From contig CAJFCJ010000005.1 of assembly GCA_904063045.1 (NCBI GenBank), positions 945,988 through 1,009,987 of the forward strand: a stretch of 64,000 bases of DNA. Reading direction: 5' to 3'. The notes beneath the pieces were generated by a model, which saw only the letters and a program-made list of their open reading frames with translations, searched no databases and was not told the DNA's origin. A program made the position numbers and the translations under genes. The DNA is from Dimorphilus gyrociliatus (Eukaryota > Animalia > Annelida). Position 1 is the first letter of the stretch. Each line of letters opens with the position of its first letter. Of this stretch, positions 14,855 through 28,362 are shown piece by piece.

Positions 14855-15335
14855 TTAACCACGACGATCAGCATTATAAATCAATAGGCATTGTAAGCGT
14901 TTGCTTCCAATATTCTGGACACATTCATTGTAAAGGTTCGGCCCATAGATGGCGCAATGTTCGCAAATTTCCGTTATCAAATTCCTTGGCCACAGTCCAG
15001 ATGATCTCCTGCAACATGAAACCTATGTTAGAATAGTTTTATTGTTATTATAACTATGACAAAGTACTCTTAAATTCCTCGTCTATTCTTTCCTAGACCT
15101 ATTGATATTTCCATACAAATGAATATATATAGATATAGGTAGCATTTCCAGAAAAAATCACCTTCCCTAGGTTACTAAAGGGTAAATATTATGTTCTTTG
15201 AAAAAAAAGGGTTACTCTTCGCTTAAGGAAAAATGATTAAATCACACTTGTGATCTAAATATAAATACGTATATCGTAAATGATATTCTATCAATTCTGT
15301 ATTCTAAATTGATATACAATCATAATCTTATTTCA

Positions 15336-15401
<66 letters not shown>

Positions 15402-17113
15402 ACTAACTACTTAGTTTTTCAATTTTGCAAGAAAGTTACAGAGAAAGACAAATTTGTAATTAAAACAAATTGAAAGCTGCTTGCGTTAAAAACTATGTCT
15501 GGACTTTCTTTTTGCAATTACTTTTAAAATCCAGAGCTTAAACAAAGGTCATCTGTAAGCCGAACAATAAAGTATCTTTTGAGGGATGAAGGAATGTTAG
15601 ATTATCCTTCACACAATTACTAATAATTGGTAACTCTTTGTAATATGAGAGATATTCTTAAAGACTTGTTGAAAGGAATATTCGCAAAGTGGTCCATACG
15701 ATTTTAAATTTTATTCATAGTCAACTAACTACTTTCCTACTAGTCTTACAGAGTACACGCTATCATTTTATAGTCATCTTCCCTGATACAATCTATTTTT
15801 CCTCTATAAAACGATACTATATATTGATACCCGTTATGTTATATATAATACATGATTATAGCTAAAAAAAAAAAAGAAACGCCATCTATTGTATTATGTA
15901 CTTCCGGAGTAAACTTTATGACATTCAACGGTTGAGAGAATTTATGAAAAAAGCTAAAAGCCATGGGAATAATAAAGTGTTTAATGAAAATTTATGAGTC
16001 ACTCTGGCCAGTTGGGAAATTCTTTGTTTACTAATTTTTTACTACATTATTACTAAAGGTTTTCATTAATTCACCTTGACGCTAAAACGTTAAAGGTGAG
16101 TGATTATGAACTTTTTGAACAATTAACTTTATTCGTAAAACTTGGCTTGATTATGTAATTCCGGAGGAAGTAAGCCTAGACAGGTGAGAGATGTAGTACC
16201 TTTTATATATTGAGTAAACATTCGTTTATAGACGGGCACTTGTCTCATCTTTTTATGGAAAGATAACTTTTTATATTGATTATAAACGCCAAATTGAATA
16301 AACTATTTGATTAGAAGAGAGGAGAATTAAAGTAAGAGAGAGCCTACTTAATAGAGAATGGATAGATTCGAGAAAGTACTGAATCAACGTGGTTGAAAAG
16401 TGATATACAGTATATATTAAAGATATTATAAAGCTATTTCATTTACTAAACAATAAACGGATTTAGCTATTAAAAAGTTACAAAAAGCTTTACGATTCCT
16501 TTGGGAACATTATCAGATTTTTTCGTACATGCTTTAAGACTAGGGGGGGGGGGGAAGGGAAAGAACTGCCAGGTAATTTTGCCAATGTCACTGTAATAAA
16601 TATACAATAAAGTATAAGTCAACACATAAAAATAGTTTTCCTGTTTCTTACTTTGTATCTTAAGATAATAACTAACAAACAGCTTATCTCCCATTAAATG
16701 GCATATATATTTCAAGAGATAAACTTTATTTGTCTAAATTCTATGAATAGACCTCTTTAAATAGAAATTAGAGAAGATAATAGGAAAATTTTTTGCCCTG
16801 TACAAAACTTTTTTTCATGCTTTTCCCCTCTCCTGCAAATTTTATCATTAGAGGAGAGGAAAAACAACAATTAACATTCAGTAGGCCATTAAGGCAAGAA
16901 AGTCGGAATAATTAATATTTTTCCGGTTTTAAGGAGAATGTCTGCACATTAATATATCCGAAAACCCCATCACAAAACACTAACATATATATATATGCTG
17001 TTAACAGCAATCGAATAGAAATCTTACCCATTTCTGAAATACTCTGGTGGTAAAGCAGCCGAAATTTGCAGCAGACTAACAATTAGTAAAACAATCTTGA
17101 CTTTTTCATTCAT
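14855..17113 (-). CDS. Secreted neuropeptide-like precursor, 79 aa: MNEKVKIVLLIVSLLQISAA-LPPEYFRN-GR-SSGLWPRNLITEICEHCAIYGPNLYNECVQNIGSKRLQCLLIYNADRRG*
   Basis: Coding exons 17113-17028 (ttttag|ATG ... AATGG|gtaaga) and 15008-14855 (ttgcag|G ... TAA) join in phase 2. The product has a signal peptide, a G-R amidation/cleavage site and 4 Cys. A probable 5'-UTR exon ends at 19066 (cag|gtaaga). Confidence 0.85.
15339..15401. repeat. Compound microsatellite (CT)n-(ATCT)n
   Basis: Read directly; one of many (GA)n/(TA)n tracts in the window (e.g. 8697, 12148, 14498, 31845, 50506). Confidence 0.9.
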
Positions 17114-17527
17114 CTAAAAAGTGGAAGGAAAATTGAATAAACAAAAAACACAAGTTCTCTATTTAATTTATAGGAAAAAAACAAATCCTTCTATTATTTC
17201 CCTTTTTTTTCTAACTTAAACAGAACAGACTGGGGGACAAAACTTCACTATCATTCTCTGATGATTAAACTTTTTTCCCGTTATTTTTTTTTGTTTAACC
17301 TTGAAAAAAATTGAAAAGAAGGAGAAAGAGAGGATGAACTAAGAGTATTATTTCAATAAGAAAGTATCAAATTAAAACCTCTTAAAAAGTACATTTTAAG
17401 AAAACAGATTTGTGTCGATGACATTTGCTTCTTAAAAAGCTATCATAGTATCAAGGATCAAAAACTAGTGAGAAGAAAAAACAAAAAAAAAAACAAAAGG
17501 GAATGAAATCTACATTCTTTCTTTCTC

Positions 17528-17560
<33 letters not shown>

Positions 17561-20500
17561 GGATCCCTTAAACAAGTAGTTAGGTAAATAGAACTGTTTA
17601 CAATATATGTTAAAAAAGCTATTATAACTTTTCATTAAAACTATGAGAAGAGCAAGTAAATAAATCTTTAATGATACATTGACAGATAGTTTATTGAATG
17701 GTAAATGGGTGGATATTTTGAATACTATATAGTTCATTTAAATATAAAATATACTATAATATACACACAATTTCCATAAAAGCATATACATATATTCTAA
17801 TTAAGATAAAATTTATATTGCTTTAAAATCAATCGGAATATTTTATATATACAAAGAAATATTAGAAAGATTTAAGGATAAGTTTCAATATAATATAAAA
17901 GAAATCATCAAATAGAAAAGAATTACCACGAAGAATATATGCAGAGCTTCCTATGCACTGACACTATGAGAGGTTCTGCGGTTTGCAACTCGTTATATAC
18001 GTGACGTATGTTTATATGCATGGCTTGGTGGGCGTCTAAAATGGCTATAAAAATTTTTTTCGTTTATAAAATACATTTATTTTATTAAATGAAATTTCTT
18101 TTACATTGTTTTAGAATTTTCTTATTGGTTTAACAATCTTCAATTGACTTTTAGGTGAATTATATGTTAACTATGTATATAACGTATTTAATATAGTAAT
18201 ATTACTATATTTCTATATTTACCGTATATTTATGTATGCGAACTATTTTAGCATTTTATATCTCTGTTTAATATAAATAACATGTTTCTTCAAAGTTTGA
18301 GTGTTAACACCATTTGAATCGAATAGCTTTATTCTGATGGATAATTTATCTTTGCTTCCGGTCAATATAAGGGTCGACTTAAATTAGCATAACTAAAAAC
18401 GGTATATGAATTTTATATTCTAAAATAGCTATATAATTATTAATAGAAAGTTCATTAAAATAGACTTTATGATTCTCTTCCAAAGGAATCTTCAAGATAA
18501 ATATACTGTATATATATACAGTATATATAAGTATGTATTGTCTATGTACCAGTTGAGTAAAGTTACGAAATCTTTTTAGGAATTTTCATTAAATTCTTTC
18601 ATTCGTCCTTCCGTATCATTGAGATAGGAGATGAGTGTCAATTTTTTATATATTTTTTTTGCAGAATTCCAGTAATACGCACTGTAAAATGATCTAAAAA
18701 TTGATGAAAAATTATTATCATTATATATATAAATGTCAAATATGTGCAAGTTATGTTTTTATAAACTATTGATATTATTGATAAAACTTTAGTATTCTAT
18801 TTATAAAAATTAACCGATAAATAGGTATGTTCTAATTACTAGGTTTAAAACTGTTTGAACGTAAACGAGGCCAGTATAAATAAGTCGCAAAAATCTTTAT
18901 GAAAAGATATAAATAAATATGTACACTGTATTGTAGGCTAACCAAAGATACGGTTGGATGAAGTAAGAGAAAGAATAGTAGAAGGAGAACGAGGAGGATA
19001 GGAGGATATAATCTAGACGCACTTGGCATTATAAAGCGCGTTTATCTTTCTTACGACTATCTTACCTGCTTAATTTTTTTCCTTTTGCATTTGCTTTTTT
19101 TAAAAGGAAAAACAAATGTATTTCTAGGGAATTTATCTACTTCCTGTAAGATATAAGGCAAGTGCTTTTATTGGAGTATTTCCAAAGCAAAGTCAATCTT
19201 ACTAAATAAATATGAGGGCGTCCGTTTTCTTTAAAGTTTTTTTAGTACAGTCATTAGGCATCGGTAAGTTGGAATAAATTTTACTAATGGATTTTGCAAA
19301 ACCTCTTGAATACTCTACTAGCCGATTCCTAAGTAATTACCAACAATCGCATAATTTTCCCATTCGTTCAATGAGATGTTTTGTTGGTTAAATCTTTGCT
19401 GTCAAGGGATTTGTTCGATGGAAACCCAACAGGAGATCGCAGTTATTCCGTTTAAATAAAGTCGGATTGCAATAACCCTTGAATCGGAAAGGTAAACAAG
19501 GTCGAAATTTTTAGTAAATGATGATTAGAATAAGCCGTATTTTTTACGTTTCTCTCTTTTAATTACTGATACTTGATTGTTTTTTAACTTCTTCTTGGAA
19601 ATTTTATTCCAACATCAATAGAAATTTATTGACTAAACACTTAAAACAAGGTTAAAATATGCATTTTATTAAATGATAGCTTAATAAAGAAAAGCGATGA
19701 ATGCAAAGTATTATATAGTATAATTACCAGTTTTGTTTGTAAATATTGTGCATAAATATACATAGAATACCCTTTAAAACTCTTAAATTTGCAGTTGACT
19801 TTTATTTACGATAGTTAATAAGCTCAATCAACGTAAAATGTAACTATAACGCTAACGTTAAATTATACTTGTTTTCAACGGATAACATCTAAAGATAATT
19901 TACCGGAAATGTATTCCGTTGATAATGACTCGAATCAAGTAAAAATAATTACTGCAATAACAAATATTGATAATCATTAATTGTCTATAGATTTAAAATT
20001 AACGACCGTATTGAACCATCTATTCCTAACCGTCAGACATTAAAGCATTTTTCTATAGATTGTTGTTGTGTTATCTATTTTTGATGATAATTAATAAGTT
20101 ATGAAATAGACCTTTGGAGATGTAATCATTGGATAGCGGCAATAAACTACGGCAATAAATTTGCTTTTAATAGATATATATATTCTATCATTAATTGAAA
20201 TAAAACAATCGGCCTCTTTCGAGTACATAGTATCTCTTCAATAGTCTACTTTTCAAGAAAATTGTAATTATAGAATAGTCTACCAAGTTTAAGTATTCTC
20301 TCAACAGAATATGTTTATCTTTAATGGGTGATATTTTCTTTCTAATGAATTTTTTTTATCATCCACTCTTCCTCAATTTATCCATCTTCCACCCCCTCTT
20401 GTCGACATTTTGTAAGTAGTATACTGAAAATTAGGCCTCCTGTAAATATATACATATTTTTAAATACATATATCGTTCCAATTTGCTGGTGAAATTCAAA

Positions 20501-23500
20501 TAGGTCATACTATGACCTTTTATTTCACCCATATATTAAATTTTGTAATGTAATACAGCATTATTCACCAATTTGTCGAAAGAGTCGTCCCTTATTTTCA
20601 TAATTACCCTACACTTTAAATTACAAAGGGGAAGGAGCATCCAGTCATTATCGATATAATCCTTATCATCTTAATAATTTTAACACCCTCCTTAAGTATT
20701 TGCAACGCCGTATTATGAATTTCTTATATCCCTGCCTTTCAACATCTCTCTCCCTCTTCCGCTCTGTTTGTCTATCTGTCTGTCTTTCTTTCTTGACTCT
20801 TTGACTCTTTCTTTCTATCTGTTTCTGTCTATCTGTCTCTCTGTCTGTCTCTGCCTGTCTTTCTTTCTTTCTTTCTCTTTACACGTCCCCCGCGCGCTCT
20901 CTCACTCTCACTCTCTCTCTCTTTGTCTCACTCTTCATGAGGTATTCAATATGCGTATATATATCTATTTTCAACACTTCTTCTCTTCTCTATCTCTTTT
21001 ATAATTAATTTTTTTACTAAGTAGGAGAAAATTTTATCCAAAATACAAAGTATCCTTAATCATCTTTTTTTGATTGACCAAGGCCTATGATTCTCATTAA
21101 TTATTTGTTCTGCTTGCTAGTTAACTATCCATCGAAAATTACTTTCATAAGCTATGTCTCTTCCTTTTCATATTTATCAACTTTTTGATATTTATCCCTC
21201 TTTTCTTTTCTTGAAATAATGAACGTTTACAGTTAATTTTCTTGTCTATTGTTATATGTTTAATTCTAATTGAACTATTTTAAGTATGGGGAGAGAAAAT
21301 AAATGGCAAAAGAGAACATTTTCCCCTTTCTTGTAGCTAGTTGTGAGGAGCATGATAAAATCAACTGTAAAGTCACGTATTAGAATTTTTTTGCAGCTTT
21401 TAGACACGCTAATGGACACTGTATATTTCATCTATGAGGCCCTCAACAAGTATAGTAATTAAAATACTTAACAACACTGACTATTTTTGTCTCCTTCATT
21501 ACGAGATATTTGTATGGAAATTATTGACTTAATCCCTACAAACAAAACTATTGAAAAAGTATTAAGAGAAAACAAGCGGAAATAATAGTGTTACTTGAAA
21601 AGTCGTTTATCAAGTTTGTCAAAAAAAAGAAAGTTAACCAATTTTGGTGTTATCAGTGTATATAATTCTCTATAATCTAGTAAGCCCCGTTAATCATGTA
21701 TCTTTTGACAACAATCACTCATTTGGGAAATTTTACATACGTGTTTGGCAATCTTTTTATCAAATTATTGACTTTTTGTCAAATTTTTTTTTTTAAAGAT
21801 TCGCCTTAAGTGCAGTTATCCATAATTTGACGTTTGCTTTAGGTATATATATATATATATATATATATGTGTATTCTATAGGCTGTTTTACTTCGCAATT
21901 CGACGTTTAGACGCATTTAAATTTGTACATGTAATTTTTTCTCTTTCAAGCTTTACTTTGTCCTAATTGATCCCAGACAGAAAGGGAGAGAGAGAGAGAG
22001 AGAGAAAACTACGTCAGGCGTATAATGTCAAACTTCCTTTAGGATAATAATTTCAGATAAATTTTATCAAGTGAAGAGATTTGAAGAACACTTAACGAAT
22101 CCCAAAGAGAACTTTAACTAATTTTCTCCATAAGTCATCGATTAACTTCAACCCAAAGCGAAAAAAAGAAAAAAAAACCCTAATCTCTTCCATCACTTTG
22201 AGTTTTCGGTTAGAGGATAAAAGAAAAATCTACGAATGAGAGTTATGATTTTCGAAACGGCTGAATGCAAAAATCTCTTTAGCCAAAACTAACTTTTATC
22301 TTTCAATGCTTAACAAGGCAATAGAGTGTGACAAACAAACAAAAAAACCTACATGAAGCGCAATGTTAGAAGTCTGCTTTGAAAAATTATAAGGAGATAT
22401 AGAACTTCCGTTTTGGTAAGAAATGGACAGGAATAACAAAACAGATAAATGAGGGAGGTAGGGAGAGAGAATAAGAGAGGGAGGGAGGGAAGAAAATTGA
22501 GTGAAAGAAATAACGAAAAGAAAGAGCATTCATTAGTCATTTTTGTGCCACGTTAACAAACTGACAATAGAGCAAACAACTTTAAAAAAAAAACTCCCTT
22601 AGTTGCATAATCAGTCTAGGTGTCCTATCAGCTTGAGAGTAGAGGTAGCTATAAGGAAATTTCTTTCCATTTTTACCACTGACACGCTTATTAAATTATA
22701 TTTGTTAGTAATATAATACATAGATTATAGCACAGATTTCCCTTTTGGCAAGTGATAATTATTCATAAAATGTATTACTACAGTATATATTGTATATATA
22801 TATATATATATATTATGTATTTGATAATTATTATCCCTTACGTACTCTTCCATTTCATTCATTTTCCTTCGACTTGTTTTCATCTCCGAATGGAATAATA
22901 TGCAAATTTCTCTTTTCTAAAATTCGTCTGTTCTAAATATCATTATTCTGCAGGAAAAGCGTTCTGGTTTCTCTCATTCCCTAATGAAATTTTCTTGTCC
23001 CTTATCGCCGAATTGATTACGAGATACATATTAAAGTTCAATCATTTGTCTTTCCACCTCGTTGTTATTTCTTCTTGACACTTATACACTTATCTTTCTT
23101 TTTCTATTCTTCCCTTTTCATGTATGACATAAACGTTAAATCAACCTCATCGTTTCCCTGTATTTTAAATTATCCATTTCCGACTTTTCATCTTGATAGA
23201 CTAGCTTTTCCGTTGTCTGAATATAAGACGTTGCTCAATAGAGATAAATTGATAAAGATTCTTAAATAAATTGAGCTTTATGCTCTTTCAAATTTTCGTC
23301 CCTCTTTTTAGTTGAATAGAGAAATTGATAGATTATTTCTAAGGACACCATAAATTCATTCTCTTTATAACAACTACCAGAGTCTTTTCTAATTTGAAAT
23401 TTTATCTCCAATTTTTAATTTACTTCTTTAAAAGAGAAAGAGAGAGAGAGAAGGTCTTCTTTGCGAAAAGTTGACTATTTCGTATAGTGTTTCTCTTCAA

Positions 23501-24560
23501 AATTTTCTAGACGTTTAGTTTAATTTTATTTAATAAAAATTGAAATAAAGAAAAAGATTGCATAACCAAAAGTTGAGTAGTTTTTCATTTAAAAGGCAAA
23601 GTCTAGCCTTTCAAACCATATTGCACTTGACACTTATCAGGTTTATCAAACTATATTTATAGTTATTTTGAGAACGTTTCGTAGTTTTATATATGTAATA
23701 TATATTCTTTGTTGACAGTATATAGAGAGGTCTTGAAGTTAACTTGTCTACCCTATTGAAGAATACGAAACAAATTTTCTCTCTCTTTCTCTCTTTCTCT
23801 CTTCCACCCATCCCCTTCATTTCTCTTCCTGGTTTTTTTTTAAGTTAAGTATTACTTCTCTTACTGTTCAAATATCATCCAAAAAGGAGATAAAAGAAGT
23901 GGAATGATTGTAAATGAGTTATCGTAGGAGAATAACAGAAATAAGAGAATTCGAATATCTATTATATTTCAATTGTTGCTATGTTACAAAAAAAAACAAT
24001 ATATATATACAATTATAATGAAAAAAAGGCAACATTCTCCAACTTTTCAAAAGGTAAACTTACAGTTAATAACCTCTACTTTACTAGAGACATCTTCAGG
24101 TTGATCATGAAACAATAATTGACTCGTTATAAAAAGTAAAAGCTTGACGTACATTATTCAAGTAATCAATGCTCCTTAATTGTTAATTTTCCAGTATTTT
24201 CCAAAAAGCTAAAAATAAATAACCATATAGTTTTTGTCATTTTACCAATTTAAGTACAAATATTTTAATTCTGCCTTATTAGAGCCTTAAATGAGTCAGA
24301 CAAACGCTTAGATTAGGGTAAATAAAATGACTAACGCAAGAAAGTTCTATGAATTATCTATATCCAAAAGTACAGATTCTATTCATCTTGCCAATATTAT
24401 CTCTGAAAAATGTTGAATTTTGCATTAATATGAGAGAATTATGTTAATTTATTCATGACCGTGTAAAGGTAACACATGGTTATTTCCACTCGTTATTCAA
24501 ATGACTTCTTTTAAAGAGCACATTCTTTTAGAGACATTCTCAGTCCAACTTCAAAATCCA

Positions 24561-27500
24561 ATGACGAAAGCAACTTTTCTAATTTTGAGCGTTTGTCTCA
24601 TTATTCTTTCTGCGGTATATGAAATATCCCTTTTTTAATAAGAAAAATACCACATTACCATATTTCTATTCTTATTTTTTTAAGTTTTCAAAAATTTCAG
24701 CCTAGTTGTGCAAATGGAAATGGAAAAACTAGCAGTTCCACAAGCTGCATGTTAAATAATTTCAAAACTATTCAACAGACGTTAAAGAACAATATCGACA
24801 ATTTATTCGGTGAGAGTATCTTTCTTCTATAAATAGTTTGATTATAACATATCTTGAAATTATAGAAATAATAACTGATCATGAAGATTCTCCAACAAGT
24901 ATTTTCTTTCATTTTGTTAAATTGAAATATTTAACTTTTATGTACTTTTCCAATTCAGAAACGATATATTGTCACAAACAACAAACGATATATGAAGATT
25001 TTAGGAGTTTTAACTCTAAATTCGCTATCTCTTCAAGCAATCGAAGACCAAATACATGTACAATAATTATAAACATTGACAGAACTTTCAAATCGGTTTG
25101 TTTCATTATTTTATTAATTTCTCATGGATAATTACTCTCTCTCTCTCTCTCTCTCTTATCTCTTATCTCTATCTATACCATTTTCAATTTAGATCATAGA
25201 ACTACAATTTTATGATATCAACATCCAAAATACGCCAGGATGTACCAGTGAAAAATTGACATTTACGGACGATAGCAATTCTGTTTCTTTCTGTCAATAT
25301 GAAGAATCAAATAGTAAGTTTCTTACAAAGTAATATATAATTCATTATGCGTAATCTGACCTTATCGTCTCTTCAAATAGATAACAATGACAATCTTGTA
25401 CCAACAAATTTGTTCTCCATTCAGAAACCAAAGCTTAATAAAATTTATGAGATAAAGCCAAATGGATCATTGGTTATTCAATTCATCACTAGAGAATTTA
25501 CTCAGTCGAACTTCTCTCTACTAGCTAAATTCAAAACTCCAGCGTTTGAATGTGAAAAATCACCAGATATCTCTCCAATTGTAAAATGCCAGGACCATTC
25601 AAGAGAAACGATTAATTTTGACTGCACTGGTCAAGTCTACGTTATATCGACTAATGGTACATATAGATCCGATGAAAACTGTAAAGTATTATTAAATACT
25701 CAATGCGTACAAACTGGGGTAAATACAATTTTAAGTTGATTGTAAAAGAAAATGATCCTTTCGTTTGTTTATTTAGACGTTTTTCTTCGCGTTTGAATCT
25801 TTCGATGTAGAAGGGAACCGTATTTGTTCATATGATAAATTAATTATTGAAAGCGAAAATATAGATCACATTTTTTGTGGCAAAGGAGGAAACGGTAAGA
25901 ACTTTATATTCTAAAGACTAATGAACTGAATTATAATATTGCAGAGGATATTTCTTTTGAAAGAAACGGCACAATAACCCATCATTCGGTTCGGCTCAAT
26001 AGCCCTTATTCAATAAAATCTGTCAAGTCTGTTTCTGTAAACTTCATTTCTGATTCAAACGTTGAAAAGAGGGGAATAGTTATGAAAACATGGTTCCAAG
26101 CGGGCGGGACAGAAGAAGATACTACTACTTCCACGGTGCCTACTACTACTTCCACGGTGCCTACTACTACTTCCACGGTGCCTACTACTACATCAGAAAA
26201 TTTGGTAACTACTCAACAAAACAATAACAATTCTCCACTGTTGCATTGTCGCTGGGGTTCAAGACACAATATCAAGTTGGATTGCAGTGGTATAAACTAC
26301 ACACTATCGTCAAATGGTATATACAAACCCTACGAGTTGTGTGACTATAATTTCATACTTGAAAATAATTTAAAAGGCGTCAGTATACCAAAGTTTATTA
26401 ATAAAGGCTTTTATTCGAAAGTTCTTTTCTTTTCATTTAGAGATTTTCATTGAAATATAAAACAGTGCATATAGAGTACCACAGCAAATGTCGTTACGAT
26501 TATTTGGGTATTGAATATAACAATCAAACCACTTTTATTTGTGGTTCTGGACGAAGCAGTTGAGAAGTTTAAAATAAACAAATTAAACTAATAACCGTAT
26601 TACTTTCTATGACATTCAACAGCTTCTTACACCTATCCAAGGAGGTTGTTGATGCCACATACATATGTCGGAGTGAACCTCGATACTGAATACTATCTAG
26701 ACATAGATCGGACGCTAACTATTTTCTTTAAAACTGATGGAAGCTATCATTTCAGAGGATTTGAAATTCAAGCAAATTTTAATTGCGACAAAGCAGTACC
26801 CTCCACAGTGAAACCAAAGGCAGAAACCACAGTATCGGAAGTAGAATCAAGTACAAGCAAATATTACCATTAATATCTTTGTACAACTCTATTATTTTTA
26901 CAGAAAAGATATCCTGTTATGATAAAGTTCAAATTTTCATGGACGATAATTGGCAAATCGACCAATACATAATTACAACACCCGATTATCCATCATACTA
27001 TAGAACCTCTGATTACAACTGTTCAGTTTCCCTACATACTTCTTTTCTTTCTTCGGTACAGTGTTTGATTAAATTTTCCTAACTGTAAACATATAACTGT
27101 CAATATGTCTATTAAACATTTGCAGTTCGTCTACATTATATTTGACGAGTTATTCTTTCCGAGCAGCAACTGTGATGAAAATAGATTAAGCTTTTCTAAC
27201 GGATTTGCAAAAACCACATTTTGTTCTTTAGGTTTGTTACAAATTAGTAATCTCCTCTCAAAGATAATGTTACATTTCTCCATCATTTTAAAGCAAGGAC
27301 CAATAATTTTTTGGAAGATATAAAGATTTTTTATAATACTGAATTTCTTACAAATAAAATATATAAAATAAGATATGATGAACTTCTCAAAATCCAAATT
27401 ATGCTGCCATATTCTCCATACTATAAACGTTTTAAACTGCGCATTTTTAAAAATCTTCGTAATATACCTGGAATTGAATCGTCAGCTAAACCTGAAGAAA

Positions 27501-28362
27501 TGACGACTGAATATATAACTAGAGCCAACAGAGAAACTAGAGGTAATAGAGAAAGATCAACTAGAGGTAATAGAGAAAGATCAACTGGAGCTCCATGGAA
27601 GACAACAAATCAGAGATATTTCAAAAGTTCACCAAAAGCTACCACTTCTATTAACGATTATACAACAATGCCAAATTATCCAACAACATCGGTAAAAACA
27701 ACTAAACCTACCCGAGACAATGACAGTAAAGTTTGAATATACATATATACTATATTATTATAATAATAATGCTGAAATCCAATTATCTTCTATTCAAAAG
27801 CTGTAATAGAATGCAAGAGAGATATGGTTTTGGATAGATCAACCTTATGCAATAAGTCAATATCGATTGTATCAATGAATTATCCAAACAATCATCCATC
27901 TGGTTACAGTTGTCGTGTTTATTTTGATACACAAATGGAAAATCCAGAGGTTCATTTACTTAGCTAATCTAAAAGTTTATAAATCTTCGATAATACAATC
28001 CCTTTTTGAACAGGAAGCTTATATAAAGTTTACTGAACTTTATGCGGATTCAGGTTCTTCTAGACTTTTCATATCATTTAATGCCGAATTGGACTCAATT
28101 TATTATAATATGAGAAGTAAATAAATTCATATATTTAAATATTATAATATAGATATCTATAAATATTTTATGCTGAAAAATTTCGGATACAGCATCTAGA
28201 TCTAGTTGGAATTCTTTTTCACGCATGAGCTTTAATGAAAAGACTCTTTTTGACGGAACGAGGTATAAACTGGACCTCAGGAAACAGTTAACCTTCCGTT
28301 TTGGGTCATTTAGCCAAAGGCGTATACGACGTTTCAGACTCGAAGTTGAATACACATGCTAA
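24561..28362 (+). CDS. Secreted protein with five divergent CUB domains and Thr-rich linkers (paralogue A)
   Basis: Exons 24561-24614 (signal MTKATFLILSVCLIILSA), 24701-24809, 24959-25095, 25193-25313, 25381-25718, 25777-25894, 25945-26378, 26441-26558, 26623-26850, 26904-27055, 27126-27231, 27318-27725, 27801-27949, 28014-28116, 28193-28362. CUB motifs include FESFDVEGNRICSYDKL, CRYDYL, TTPDYP, SMNYPNNHP, FKTDGSYHFRGF. No TM segment. Confidence 0.85.
26121..26191 (+). repeat. Perfect 21-bp coding tandem repeat x3.4 (TTTSTVP)
   Basis: ACTACTACTTCCACGGTGCCT repeated exactly three times plus a partial copy. Confidence 0.95.
27536..27583 (+). repeat. Perfect 24-bp coding tandem repeat x2 (TRGNRERS)
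   Basis: ACTAGAGGTAATAGAGAAAGATCA x2, preceded by a degenerate copy at 27518. Confidence 0.9.

Noticed and set aside
18504-18523. Exact match to the E. coli LexA/SOS consensus TACTGTATATATATACAGTA
   Set aside because: The context is an intron-rich animal genome with no bacterial genes, and it is two copies of a locally common 10-mer around a TA tract.
18832-19029. Minus-strand ORF with a signal-peptide-like start (MPSASRLYPPILLVLLLLFFLLL), with a phase-0 donor that could join the neuropeptide exon
   Set aside because: Leu/Phe richness follows from the CT-rich strand. The 17113 exon already has its own ATG and signal peptide, and a stronger donor at 19065 would place this ORF in an intron.
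3895-23269. Many 60-110 aa ORF-track entries (e.g. 3895, 5515, 8753, 9526, 17510, 20768, 22296, 23075)
   Set aside because: They are translations of (GA)n, (TA)n or poly-T tracts with no splice or domain support.
22930-24480. Scattered minus-strand exon-like pieces (e.g. QLLFHDQPEDVSSKVEVIN with a gtaagt donor near 24065)
   Set aside because: They cannot be joined without stops and show no recognisable domain; at most a decayed gene.
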